64,000 nucleotides of DNA from an uncultured virus (IMG/VR IMGVR_UViG_3300017963_000022) (Duplodnaviria; Heunggongvirae; Uroviricota; Caudoviricetes), in the IMG/VR virus record IMGVR_UViG_3300017963_000022; one strand, given 5' to 3'. The position numbers and the translations under genes were made by a program. The stretch's first letter is position 1. Every line of letters begins with the position of its first letter. This document shows positions 1 to 7,580 of the stretch, piece after piece. Below the pieces are notes generated by a model that was not told the DNA's origin, did not search any database, and saw only the letters and a list, made by a program, of their open reading frames with translations.

Positions 1-282
1 AATAGGAAAAATGAATAGAAGACTCTATTTAAAATAGGGGTAGGGTGCTGACAAAAGAAAAACTCAAATATATGAGCAAGTATTCAGATATTAGAGAAAA
101 AGGGTATAAAACAGAGATAGATATTAACTTATAGACATGAATAACGCTATAAGAGATACACCAATATACTTGGTTATATAACTAATAACAGTAGAGTAAT
201 AGTAATAGATACAGAGAAACACTCGTATATAGTATAAGTATAATAGAGATAGTCTCTTAACCCTTAGTACACTGTCCAACTA

Positions 283-690
283 GAGACTCGCCCGATCACA
301 GAGACTCACTCATTTCGGTGGCACTCGATAATTCCTAGAGACTCCGCCTGTTAGGTAGCACTCTAATAATTACGGAGACTCGCTGGAGTCCCTACCCGTA
401 TTTGCACAAGAGTCTCTCGCTCTTGAGAGAGTCTCCTTTTGTCTATATATTCTCATAAGAGTTTGGAGACTCTGAGATGGAGTCCCTTTAGGTATTCGCA
501 CGAGAGTAAGCCATTCTTGAGAGGGAGTTCTCTACTATATATTCTCTAAGAATTACAGAGACTCCGCTTAAGGAGTCCTACTTGATCTCCGCACAAGAGT
601 CTCCGGTTCGTGAGAGAGACTCGGCGGAGGAGTCCCATTCAAAATCTGCACAAGAGGTCTCCGCTACTGAGACTCCGCCCAGGGGAGAGT
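283..690. repeat. Degenerate tandem repeat array rich in GAGACTC/GAGTC motifs (about 91-bp core period)
   Basis: GAGACTC starts at 283, 301, 338, 375, 466, 558, 616, 669; recurring sub-motifs GGAGTCC, GCACAAGAG, TCTTGAGAG, CTATATATTCTC; no ORF. Confidence 0.85.
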
Positions 691-746
691 TAAAAAAAAG
701 TGAGAGCCCTTCTCCCCTGCGTATGCAATTTGGGGAGGGGGCTCTC
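691..746 (-). terminator. Rho-independent terminator
   Basis: GC-rich stem 702-746 followed on the minus strand by a T8 run, immediately after the stop of ORF 752-994. Confidence 0.85.
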
Positions 747-751
747 GTGGT

Positions 752-994
752 TTAGCCTAGGAGTGTAGGCTGTACTTCTAGGCGAATAATCCGAAGGCGA
801 TACCGAGCAGGACTCTGGAGAAGTTGATACTCTTCCAGAGCATACTGACAATATTCAGGAAACTGAAACATCTCTGCTTTGCGAATATCTCTCTGAGGTT
901 CCAGATTACCGCCTTCCTTATTCCTGGACAGGTATCCTTCGAGATCTCCGTTTGCGTCCAGGAGTTCAACAATTAAGTGGTGTTCTTTTTCCAT
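752..994 (-). CDS. Hypothetical protein (80 aa)
   Basis: AAGGAG RBS upstream of ATG; terminator follows. Confidence 0.7.
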   Translation of the reverse strand: MEKEHHLIVELLDANGDLEGYLSRNKEGGNLEPQRDIRKAEMFQFPEYCQYALEEYQLLQSPARYRLRIIRLEVQPTLLG

Positions 995-1200
995 ATTATT
1001 CTCCTTTTTAGAAAAAGTTCTGTAGTAAACTCTAATTAGCAGAGGTGGGTGTTTCTAGGGTTAGCAGTTAGCCAACTCTAGAATTTTATACAGTAGGATA
1101 GTTGATAAAACACTCATCAAGTATATAATACCGATGAGTATTACAATTTTCCAGTTAGGTAGTCTCCGGTTGGCGTTCATGGTGGTGAACTACCGGAGGG

Positions 1201-1728
1201 TTATGCCTTACTGGTTTTGGCCTTGGCAGCAGGGGTGTCTCCACCCATGAAGCCGAAGTCGAACTCCTCAACCGGTTCCACCTCAGTGGGAGCGGTCTCA
1301 GGTTCTACCAATGACCGGATATACCAGGGCTCTTGCCGTAGGGCGAACTTGCGTTCGATGTCCTCAAAGCTGACCCAATCGGACTCGTCCAGAATCGTGC
1401 CATCTTCCGCAATATTCTGAATTTGCCATTGGACGGTGCTCTGGTATTCCTTATTCACCATAGAGATGAACTGTGACGGAATACGCTTATAAGCACCTTC
1501 GAAGTAATCGGTGTCAAAGGCCGAGTTGATTGAGCGGGTCAGGAGAGCGTGGAGTTGTTGGTGCTTCCAGTTCTTAGAACCCTTTTTGATTTTGGGCTCA
1601 TTGGGTTTCCTGTCCAGGGGTTTTAATACCTGTACTGTTTTCCCATTGGACTCCAGACGGATATTAACCGTCCAGCGAGCATGTTGGATAGAAGTACTAG
1701 ACATTGTACACTCCTTTAAGTGTTCCAC
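1201..1728 (-). CDS. Hypothetical protein with acidic C-terminus (true start may be the TTG/ATG region near 1704)
   Basis: Long ORF; AAGGAG just upstream of MSSTS; hairpin at about 1163-1199 after the stop. Confidence 0.7.
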   Translation of the reverse strand: MEHLKECTMSSTSIQHARWTVNIRLESNGKTVQVLKPLDRKPNEPKIKKGSKNWKHQQLHALLTRSINSAFDTDYFEGAYKRIPSQFISMVNKEYQSTVQWQIQNIAEDGTILDESDWVSFEDIERKFALRQEPWYIRSLVEPETAPTEVEPVEEFDFGFMGGDTPAAKAKTSKA

Positions 1729-1752
1729 CTCCGCTAGTTAGAATCTACTACA

Positions 1753-1970
1753 GATAGTTTACCTACAGAACTCCAGGACAGATTATTATTGTCCTAACAT
1801 GGTAAGAATAGATTTTAATCCGAGTTCTACAGGAACATATATTCGCAGGTATAGAATATATGCAACAACGGCAAGAGATATGATTAAGGCCAATGTAACT
1901 AGCCTATCCATTAATTTTACAGGTTTCATGGTATACTCCTAACGTCCTGAAGTTCTACAGGTAAACTATC
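1753..1970 (-). repeat. 27-bp inverted repeat pair (1753-1779 / 1944-1970) enclosing a small ORF
   Basis: 24/27 Watson-Crick pairs; the 3 mismatches are all G-U wobbles in the minus-strand RNA. Confidence 0.9.
1786..1929 (-). CDS. 47-aa hydrophobic membrane peptide MKPVKLMDRLVTLALIISLAVVAYILYLRIYVPVELGLKSILTMLGQ (candidate type I toxin)
   Basis: Hand translation; AGGAG RBS 6 nt upstream; one TM segment; not in the ORF track. Confidence 0.7.
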   Translation of the reverse strand: MKPVKLMDRLVTLALIISLAVVAYILYLRIYVPVELGLKSILTMLGQ

Positions 1971-2019
1971 CGCTTTGCACTCCCTATACTTTGTTGGTGG
2001 TCTGTCCCCCCTCATCACA

Positions 2020-2042
2020 GACCGCAATCCAAGCGGTTTTTT
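2020..2042 (+). terminator. Plus-strand intrinsic terminator candidate (possible end of an antisense sRNA)
   Basis: ACCGC-AATCCAA-GCGGT followed by a T run. Confidence 0.5.
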
Positions 2043-2144
2043 GGGATTATGTGCTGATATTCTTTTTTTAAGGTTCTGGTTGTTTTTTGTTTTTTGTTCT
2101 GCTCTCTAACTGACTATAGTATACACGAAAACCACGAGATTTAA

Positions 2145-2180
2145 CATTGCAACTTCATTGCAACTTCATTGCAACTTCAT
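2145..2180. repeat. 11-bp direct repeat CATTGCAACTT x3.3, putative regulator binding site
   Basis: Perfect copies at 2145, 2156, 2167; minus-strand TATACT at 2118-2123 nearby. Confidence 0.85.
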
Positions 2181-2438
2181 GACAATTTTTTAAGGTTTAA
2201 AGAAATTTAAGGTTGGTATACAATTATACAGATAAATAAGATAAACTTTGTCCGAATACCCCCCTTATTTAGATAAATTAGACCTTTTTTGTCTGATTTG
2301 GCATCGCCTGTGTATACCTCCGACAAGGTTTACAAAAGTAAAGTCTGTATCGGTAGTAATAATACTTGTAGAGTCTCTGTCTGGTTAAATAAAAAAGAGG
2401 ATTACGGGTTAGGTAATCCTCTGCTCTTTAAAAAATTT

Positions 2439-2618
2439 TTAATTTTCGTATATTGTGACTATCGGTGGGTCAAACCTAAAGTGATCTAGCTGTATATCCC
2501 TTACTAGTTCTGCTTCACATTTAGGACACTTTATTATTAACTGTACCCAACTACTTGTTATATCTATAGATACTTCTTCAAAGTCTACTATTGAATTACA
2601 GTTTGGACAGATATTCAT
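2439..2618 (-). CDS. Small zinc-ribbon protein
   Basis: CPNC...CPKC motifs; ATG of MNICPNC at 2618. Confidence 0.65.
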   Translation of the reverse strand: MNICPNCNSIVDFEEVSIDITSSWVQLIIKCPKCEAELVRDIQLDHFRFDPPIVTIYEN

Positions 2619-2619
2619 C

Positions 2620-2766
2620 TTAACATCCTGTTGCAATTGGTAGTTTGTCTATTATACACTGGTCTGGTAGAGCAAAGCATATAATTGTCTCACTGACTAA
2701 AAAAGTTAGTATGCTTGCTAATACTATACCCACTATAATAAATAGTAATTTAAGATACCATCTCAT
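2620..2766 (-). CDS. 48-aa membrane microprotein MRWYLKLLFIIVGIVLASILTFLVSE...
   Basis: Hand translation; AAGGA RBS; TM stretch. Confidence 0.55.
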   Translation of the reverse strand: MRWYLKLLFIIVGIVLASILTFLVSETIICFALPDQCIIDKLPIATGC

Positions 2767-2883
2767 TTGTTTATCCTTTCCCATCTACCACATATCAAAC
2801 CATATTTGTTTGCTAAGTGGAGTCTCCAGTACCTATGAGTAAATCCTCTAAGTACTTTTCTTGTTTCACTACATCCTGTACAC

Positions 2884-3090
2884 TTATACATCTTCTGCCT
2901 CTATTACAACATCTTTTAGATACTCGTATTCATTATAGAGTTTATCCATGTAGTACGTAGGTACTATATAAATTTGTCCTTCGTGGTCAGCATTTTGAAA
3001 TAATTCTTCAATTGCTTTGACTACATACTTTAAGTGTCTTAGTAAACCTTCCATTCTTTCTCCTATCCAAATAGTATGAAGTAAGGCCAT
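2884..3090 (-). CDS. Hypothetical protein (start probably at the internal MEGLLR)
   Basis: ORF track; AGGAG upstream of the internal ATG. Confidence 0.55.
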   Translation of the reverse strand: MALLHTIWIGERMEGLLRHLKYVVKAIEELFQNADHEGQIYIVPTYYMDKLYNEYEYLKDVVIEAEDV

Positions 3091-3227
3091 ACTATCGAGT
3101 TAATTAATAATTTAAAATAAGAATACTCTATTTTACTACTTATTTTTACCCACATTTGCCCAATGAAGGTAACATACCAGCCAGTTATATAGAGTATTAT
3201 TACAAAAGCTATAGGACTATGTTCCAT
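3063..3227 (-). CDS. 54-aa membrane microprotein MEHSPIAFVIILYITGWYVTF...
   Basis: Hand translation; AGGTAGG RBS; hydrophobic. Confidence 0.5.
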   Translation of the reverse strand: MEHSPIAFVIILYITGWYVTFIGQMWVKISSKIEYSYFKLLINSIVWPYFILFG

Positions 3228-3349
3228 TTTAACCTACCTTTCTCGGAGCCTTCCGGTCTCAAAACATTTCAAAACTTCTTTTTGTGTGGCGAAAATACCA
3301 TGAAACTAGTATTATCTATATACAAAAGAAAGTAAAACAATATAAAACT

Positions 3350-3577
3350 TTATCCACTAACTCTCCAATAGTCAATCTTATCAAATTCTATTTGTATACT
3401 AGCTACGTCACTTTCCTCATCTGTATCCAGCGTGATATTAACTCTATCTCTGTTTCCTGTAATGCAAGAGTTTAATGCACTATCCAAACTATCAATATCT
3501 TCGGCTGACCCTGTAAAGGTCATCCTCTCTCTTGGTGGACTTGTGTCTCCCAAGAAAACAATAAGTAACCTAGCCAT
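3350..3577 (-). CDS. Hypothetical protein (75 aa)
   Basis: ORF track; same strand as its neighbours. Confidence 0.6.
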   Translation of the reverse strand: MARLLIVFLGDTSPPRERMTFTGSAEDIDSLDSALNSCITGNRDRVNITLDTDEESDVASIQIEFDKIDYWRVSG

Positions 3578-3612
3578 GTACTCATATTACTTCCTTTGGC
3601 TAATTTTAAAGC

Positions 3613-3687
3613 TTACTCCTTTTTTGGTGGTAGAATAATATTATAGACTATAAAAGCTATTATAGCAACTACACACCAGCATCCCAT
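3613..3687 (-). CDS. 24-aa membrane micropeptide MGCWCVVAIIAFIVYNIILPPKKE
   Basis: TAATG stop/start coupling with the upstream ORF. Confidence 0.4.
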   Translation of the reverse strand: MGCWCVVAIIAFIVYNIILPPKKE

Positions 3688-3845
3688 TATCTTATATCCT
3701 TCTCTATATTAAGAAAAATAAGTAGGGCAACCAACGCCAACATAATCAGTCCCGTCATTATCGGGAAATACTGAGATGTATACATAGCTACTCCTACTAC
3801 AGTTGCTCCTAATATTAGAGAATTTCTAATCTTTTTCCAACTCAT
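3687..3845 (-). CDS. 52-aa two-TM microprotein MSWKKIRNSLILGATVVGVAMY...
   Basis: Hand translation; two hydrophobic segments. Confidence 0.5.
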   Translation of the reverse strand: MSWKKIRNSLILGATVVGVAMYTSQYFPIMTGLIMLALVALLIFLNIEKDIR

Positions 3846-4107
3846 CCTTTAACTCCAGCCATATTTCTTCTTTCAGACGAATCCATGCAATCATAGCCAA
3901 ACCTGCAACCTTCAACTAAGGAATAGGAACTCCACCATTACGCCATTGATCGAAGTACCCAAGAAGAATTACCCAAATCCTTTCTTCTTGTCCTTCTTCT
4001 GGTCGTTCCTTCCAAGTGTCGCCCCATCTTCTCTGGTCGCCCTCTAGTTGTCTTTTGAGAGCTTTTGTAAATTCGGGCATATAGTCCCACACTCTATTTC
4101 TAAACAT
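3826..4107 (-). pseudogene. Helical protein (possibly MazG/dNTP-diphosphohydrolase-like) interrupted by an in-frame TAG at 3916-3918
   Basis: Frame continues ...GGVPIP*LKVAGLAMIAWIRLKEEIWLELKDELEKD; GGAGG RBS. Confidence 0.5.
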
Positions 4108-4116
4108 CCTTACCTC

Positions 4117-4254
4117 CTATCTAATTCTAATTACTTGTCCATGCTCCGTAGCATCGAGCACATGTCCACTAGATTTAAAAAGATGGGCTAGCTTGGAAAA
4201 CAAGTTTCGATACTTCCAAGCTGTCCCATCTAAATCGAACGATATTCTTTTCAT
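4117..4254 (-). pseudogene. 45-aa HAD-family N-terminal fragment MKRISFDLDGTAW...
   Basis: HAD motif I (DxDGT); far too short for a full HAD domain. Confidence 0.5.
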
Positions 4255-4340
4255 CTAACCTGTGTACTTTCCTTTCTCTGTTCTAATAATTCAATCGTCC
4301 CCGCTATAATCATCAGAACTCCGACTAATCCTATTATCAT
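4251..4340 (-). CDS. 29-aa membrane micropeptide MIIGLVGVLMIIAGTIELLEQRKESTQVR
   Basis: Hand translation; ATGA overlap with the next ORF. Confidence 0.45.
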   Translation of the reverse strand: MIIGLVGVLMIIAGTIELLEQRKESTQVR

Positions 4341-4347
4341 TTTTATT

Positions 4348-4443
4348 CTACTTTATAGCTTGTACAAATATCAAAAGTAGCGTTGCCACTATTAGTAAAG
4401 TATAAGAATACTTTTCTATTAGTGGTTGCTCATCTTTATCCAA
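4348..4443 (-). CDS. 31-aa membrane micropeptide (TTG start) MDKDEQPLIEKYSYTLLIVATLLLIFVQAIK
   Basis: AGGAGG RBS at the end of the caspase gene; TM stretch. Confidence 0.45.
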   Translation of the reverse strand: MDKDEQPLIEKYSYTLLIVATLLLIFVQAIK

Positions 4444-4450
4444 ATACAGT

Positions 4451-5338
4451 TTACCTCCTATGAAGAAAACCGTCTAAAACGTCCACCAGCCATGCTAGAA
4501 TCTCTCGGATGAATGAAAGTATCCAACAAGCGTCTCCAGGCAGTTCTGGTGGGTCTGGTGGCTGTGTGGGCGGTTCTGGAGCAACTTCTGTAGCTTCGAA
4601 TAAAACTCGTTGCTTCAGTTCTTCTTTTCCTTCTAATTGAGGTGTTTGAGGATAAGAAGTGCTTGGTAAATTTTCTCTAAGCTTTGTATAAAAATCTTCC
4701 CAAGAAGCTCCAAGGTTTTCATACATTGTAGTTAAAGCAAAGTACGTCATAGCACCATTATACTTTCCACCGAAGTAGGCATCGTAAGCATACTCTGAGT
4801 CACTACTTCCAGTTAGAAGCAGTTCTGTCATTTCTTCTTCTTGTAAAAGGTTTTTTCGTAAAACCTTTCTGTCTACTTGATGGGTTTGTACAAATTTAGG
4901 TTTAGGTGTTTGACCAAATGCCATAACTCTTGTTGATGTTCCACTAAAGCAAGAATCAATGACAAGGTATGCAGTAGCATCTGGATGAAGTCTATCTAGA
5001 ATAGAACGTAGTTCATCGTCAATAATATATGTATCATATACATATAAAGCCTCATCATAGAAGTCTTCTTCGTCATTGTTTTCATCAGAAACTTGTGTCC
5101 CATGTCCTGAATAAGTAAAAACAACAACATCTCCCTCAGTGGCAGAAGATACTAACCAATCTAGTTCAGCTAGTATGTTCTCTTTAGTTGCAGAGCTATC
5201 TAATAAAACTCTGGTTTCGTTAAATTCAAACTCATTTGCAAGTAACCAAGCCCAATCATTTGCATCGTTAACACAACCGTTCAGATCATTAATTGTTCCT
5301 GGGTAGTCATTTATCCCAACACATACAGCTAATTTCAT
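4451..5338 (-). CDS. Caspase/metacaspase-family protease (peptidase C14) with Pro-rich linker and amphipathic C-terminal helix
   Basis: AVCVGINDY...LNGCVNDA, YSGHG (catalytic His), IDSCFSG (catalytic Cys), QTPQL. Confidence 0.92.
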   Translation of the reverse strand: MKLAVCVGINDYPGTINDLNGCVNDANDWAWLLANEFEFNETRVLLDSSATKENILAELDWLVSSATEGDVVVFTYSGHGTQVSDENNDEEDFYDEALYVYDTYIIDDELRSILDRLHPDATAYLVIDSCFSGTSTRVMAFGQTPKPKFVQTHQVDRKVLRKNLLQEEEMTELLLTGSSDSEYAYDAYFGGKYNGAMTYFALTTMYENLGASWEDFYTKLRENLPSTSYPQTPQLEGKEELKQRVLFEATEVAPEPPTQPPDPPELPGDACWILSFIREILAWLVDVLDGFLHRR

Positions 5339-6294
5339 GGCAACTCTTTGTCACTATTTGATAAGCAGGATGTTATTGCTGATATAAAATTACTAATAGC
5401 TTGCAATAAACAATCCAGCACTGTTTGACAATCTTCGCAATCATCTGGTGGAGTAGTTCCTCCACTATCTGCCCGTAAATCTGTCCAATCTTCTTGAGGA
5501 ACAATATACATATTTACGTCTGTATTATTACTTACTGTATCAATATTACCGCTTGAGGAGTATTGCCACAAGTAAACTTTTTCAGGATTTATTGTAGGCA
5601 CACCACCAATATCAGGTAATCTACAGTAACCTATTCTGTCGTTAAGATCATCCATCCATTCTGGAGGGAAAATTCTGTTTGGCTTAATGTAATAATGGTA
5701 GCCACTGAATACAATCTCATTTCCAGTTTTATCATCAATAGGCCAATAGTGTGCTAACCAGAAAGGTACTTCATCAAAGAAGTCTTGGTCAAAATGGTAG
5801 TGGTATTTTTCCCACCACCAAGCACCGGTATAGATCATAACCTTTCTTCCGAAAAGTTCTTCAGCTAGTGCTACAGCATCCTTGACTCTTTTTGCGATAA
5901 CCGCAGGGTCAAGATAATCTGTTTGGGATGACTTCTGTTCTGCATCAATAATAATAATGTCGTCATCTTCCAATCCATGTTCTACAACTAGGTCATAGAA
6001 AAATTGAATTTGTTCTTGACTTGTAAGGCGACCTCTCTGAATAGCGATTTCATCATCTACTCTTAAGAAGTGATAAGCACCTCTCCAAGCAAAGTAGTTT
6101 TTCAATTCTTTCCAATAAAGAACAAAGGAAGGGTCACTATGACCTGTCCAAGTAGTTCCTTCCATGTCATCAGGCATAAAGAAACCATCGGAAGCTTTTA
6201 GGATTACTCCTTCTACACCTCCACCATCCTTTACTGCTTGCCAATCAATATACCCCTTGTGATAAGATGTATCAATTACTTTTGCTTTATTCAT
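5335..6294 (-). CDS. Endolysin, GH25 muramidase
   Basis: IDTSYH, KASDG, GAYHF, IDAE, IYTG, WLAHY, LWQYSS, TDVN motifs. Confidence 0.88.
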   Translation of the reverse strand: MNKAKVIDTSYHKGYIDWQAVKDGGGVEGVILKASDGFFMPDDMEGTTWTGHSDPSFVLYWKELKNYFAWRGAYHFLRVDDEIAIQRGRLTSQEQIQFFYDLVVEHGLEDDDIIIIDAEQKSSQTDYLDPAVIAKRVKDAVALAEELFGRKVMIYTGAWWWEKYHYHFDQDFFDEVPFWLAHYWPIDDKTGNEIVFSGYHYYIKPNRIFPPEWMDDLNDRIGYCRLPDIGGVPTINPEKVYLWQYSSSGNIDTVSNNTDVNMYIVPQEDWTDLRADSGGTTPPDDCEDCQTVLDCLLQAISNFISAITSCLSNSDKELP

Positions 6295-6297
6295 TTA

Positions 6298-6714
6298 TTA
6301 TCCTGTAGTTAAAGCATCTACCCACTCTATCGGTAATCCAAGCGGAACTAGTGCCATAAGCACCGATCTTCTAAACGCATCAATAAACCAGACATTTGAT
6401 AAAGCAATTAAGAAAAAGCCGAACCAAATTGCTTTTTTAGGTTTGTCTCGTATGAACGCTCCGAGTTTGATAACCGGATTTGTGTCTAAACGCTTTCTAT
6501 TTTTTTCTACATCGTGTCTAACCTCTGCTACTTGAGTTTTTACAGTTTCTTTTATTTCCTCCCCCTTCTCCTCAACAGTACGGTTAATATGATGTTGATT
6601 CTCTAAAATATCAGCGATAACTCCATAAAGAATTACAGCAGAGTCTTCAGGATTTATTCTACCCTCTCTGACTAACTCTCTGAGTTCGATGATAGTATTT
6701 TCGCCGTTAAGCAT
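6298..6714 (-). CDS. Holin-like membrane protein (coiled coil plus C-terminal TM)
   Basis: Directly upstream of the endolysin; hydrophobic C-terminus. Confidence 0.55.
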   Translation of the reverse strand: MLNGENTIIELRELVREGRINPEDSAVILYGVIADILENQHHINRTVEEKGEEIKETVKTQVAEVRHDVEKNRKRLDTNPVIKLGAFIRDKPKKAIWFGFFLIALSNVWFIDAFRRSVLMALVPLGLPIEWVDALTTG

Positions 6715-6824
6715 GTTTATGTTTTTCTCCCATTAAATATTAAAGTAGGCCCAAAGGCTCTATTTATATTATACCTCACAACGAAATATGTTGAACATTA
6801 TACTGTTCAAATTTGTGTACATAT

Positions 6825-6869
6825 ATCATAACACATTTCAAAGTGGATGTCAATAGTACTTTAGTACTA
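6825..6869 (-). promoter_or_regulatory. Sigma70-type promoter with abutting palindrome, driving the lysis cassette
   Basis: TTGACA (6848-6853), 17-nt spacer, TATGAT (6825-6830); TAGTAC-N4-GTACTA at 6854-6869. Confidence 0.8.
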
Positions 6870-7571
6870 CGTTTCGCCTACATACACTACTGATAGGTTC
6901 ATGTAGACAGGCGTAAGGTTTACGGCAAGTCCCCCATCATGGGCGGCACGTAAATCCAACGCCCATCCAGAAGTAGTTACATCTACTAATCCTGATAAAG
7001 AACTAGCACCTACATCGTCCACAGTAGTAAATTTTCTCTTTGTATGTATTTTATTTTGTTCCACCCCATTCAAAAACGCTGAAAATCTAAAAGTAGTATT
7101 TGCAGTACCACTAGAAGCACTCATTGAACAAGTAACTAAGTATACACCTGTTCTAGTAAAAACAATTTTATCATTAGCTACATCTGCTGTACAGCGTTTT
7201 GATAAACCATTAGTATCAAATCCTGTAAGCTTTGTATATGTTGCTCCAGTAGGAATTGACTGAGCAGATGTTCCACTGGCTACATAAATTTCAGCATAGC
7301 CGTCATTATCTTCCAGAGCTTCCAAACGAGCTCTTATATGATTAAGATTATCTAGTAATGTTGGGCTTCCCGCAGTACTTGATGAGCCCAATTCTGATTT
7401 ATCATAAGTAACCCTTGTTTGAGGAAGTTTACCGAAAAAGCTTCCTGGTCTTCCATCAAGTCCTCCACCTGAAGCAGATACACCCCCAAGGTTGAAGGGC
7501 TGTACCTCTAACATTCTTCTCATCTTATAAAACTGATTCCAGAAGACATCTGAAAAATCTTGTGCTGGCAT
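6867..7571 (-). CDS. Tail tip / receptor-binding-type protein
   Basis: Last gene of the tail module; beta-rich C-terminus (GVYLV pattern). Confidence 0.6.
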   Translation of the reverse strand: MPAQDFSDVFWNQFYKMRRMLEVQPFNLGGVSASGGGLDGRPGSFFGKLPQTRVTYDKSELGSSSTAGSPTLLDNLNHIRARLEALEDNDGYAEIYVASGTSAQSIPTGATYTKLTGFDTNGLSKRCTADVANDKIVFTRTGVYLVTCSMSASSGTANTTFRFSAFLNGVEQNKIHTKRKFTTVDDVGASSLSGLVDVTTSGWALDLRAAHDGGLAVNLTPVYMNLSVVYVGET

Positions 7572-7580
7572 TAGTATCTC

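Noticed and set aside
1..180. Short plus-strand ORFs at the window start
   Set aside because: Under 35 aa with no recognisable motif; used only as a hint of a strand switch
283..690. CRISPR array
   Set aside because: No identical 25-40-nt repeats with unique spacers; the units are degenerate and variable; no cas operon
3916..3918. Genome-wide TAG recoding
   Set aside because: Large conserved genes are intact in code 11, many end cleanly at TAG, and no CUA-anticodon tRNA was found
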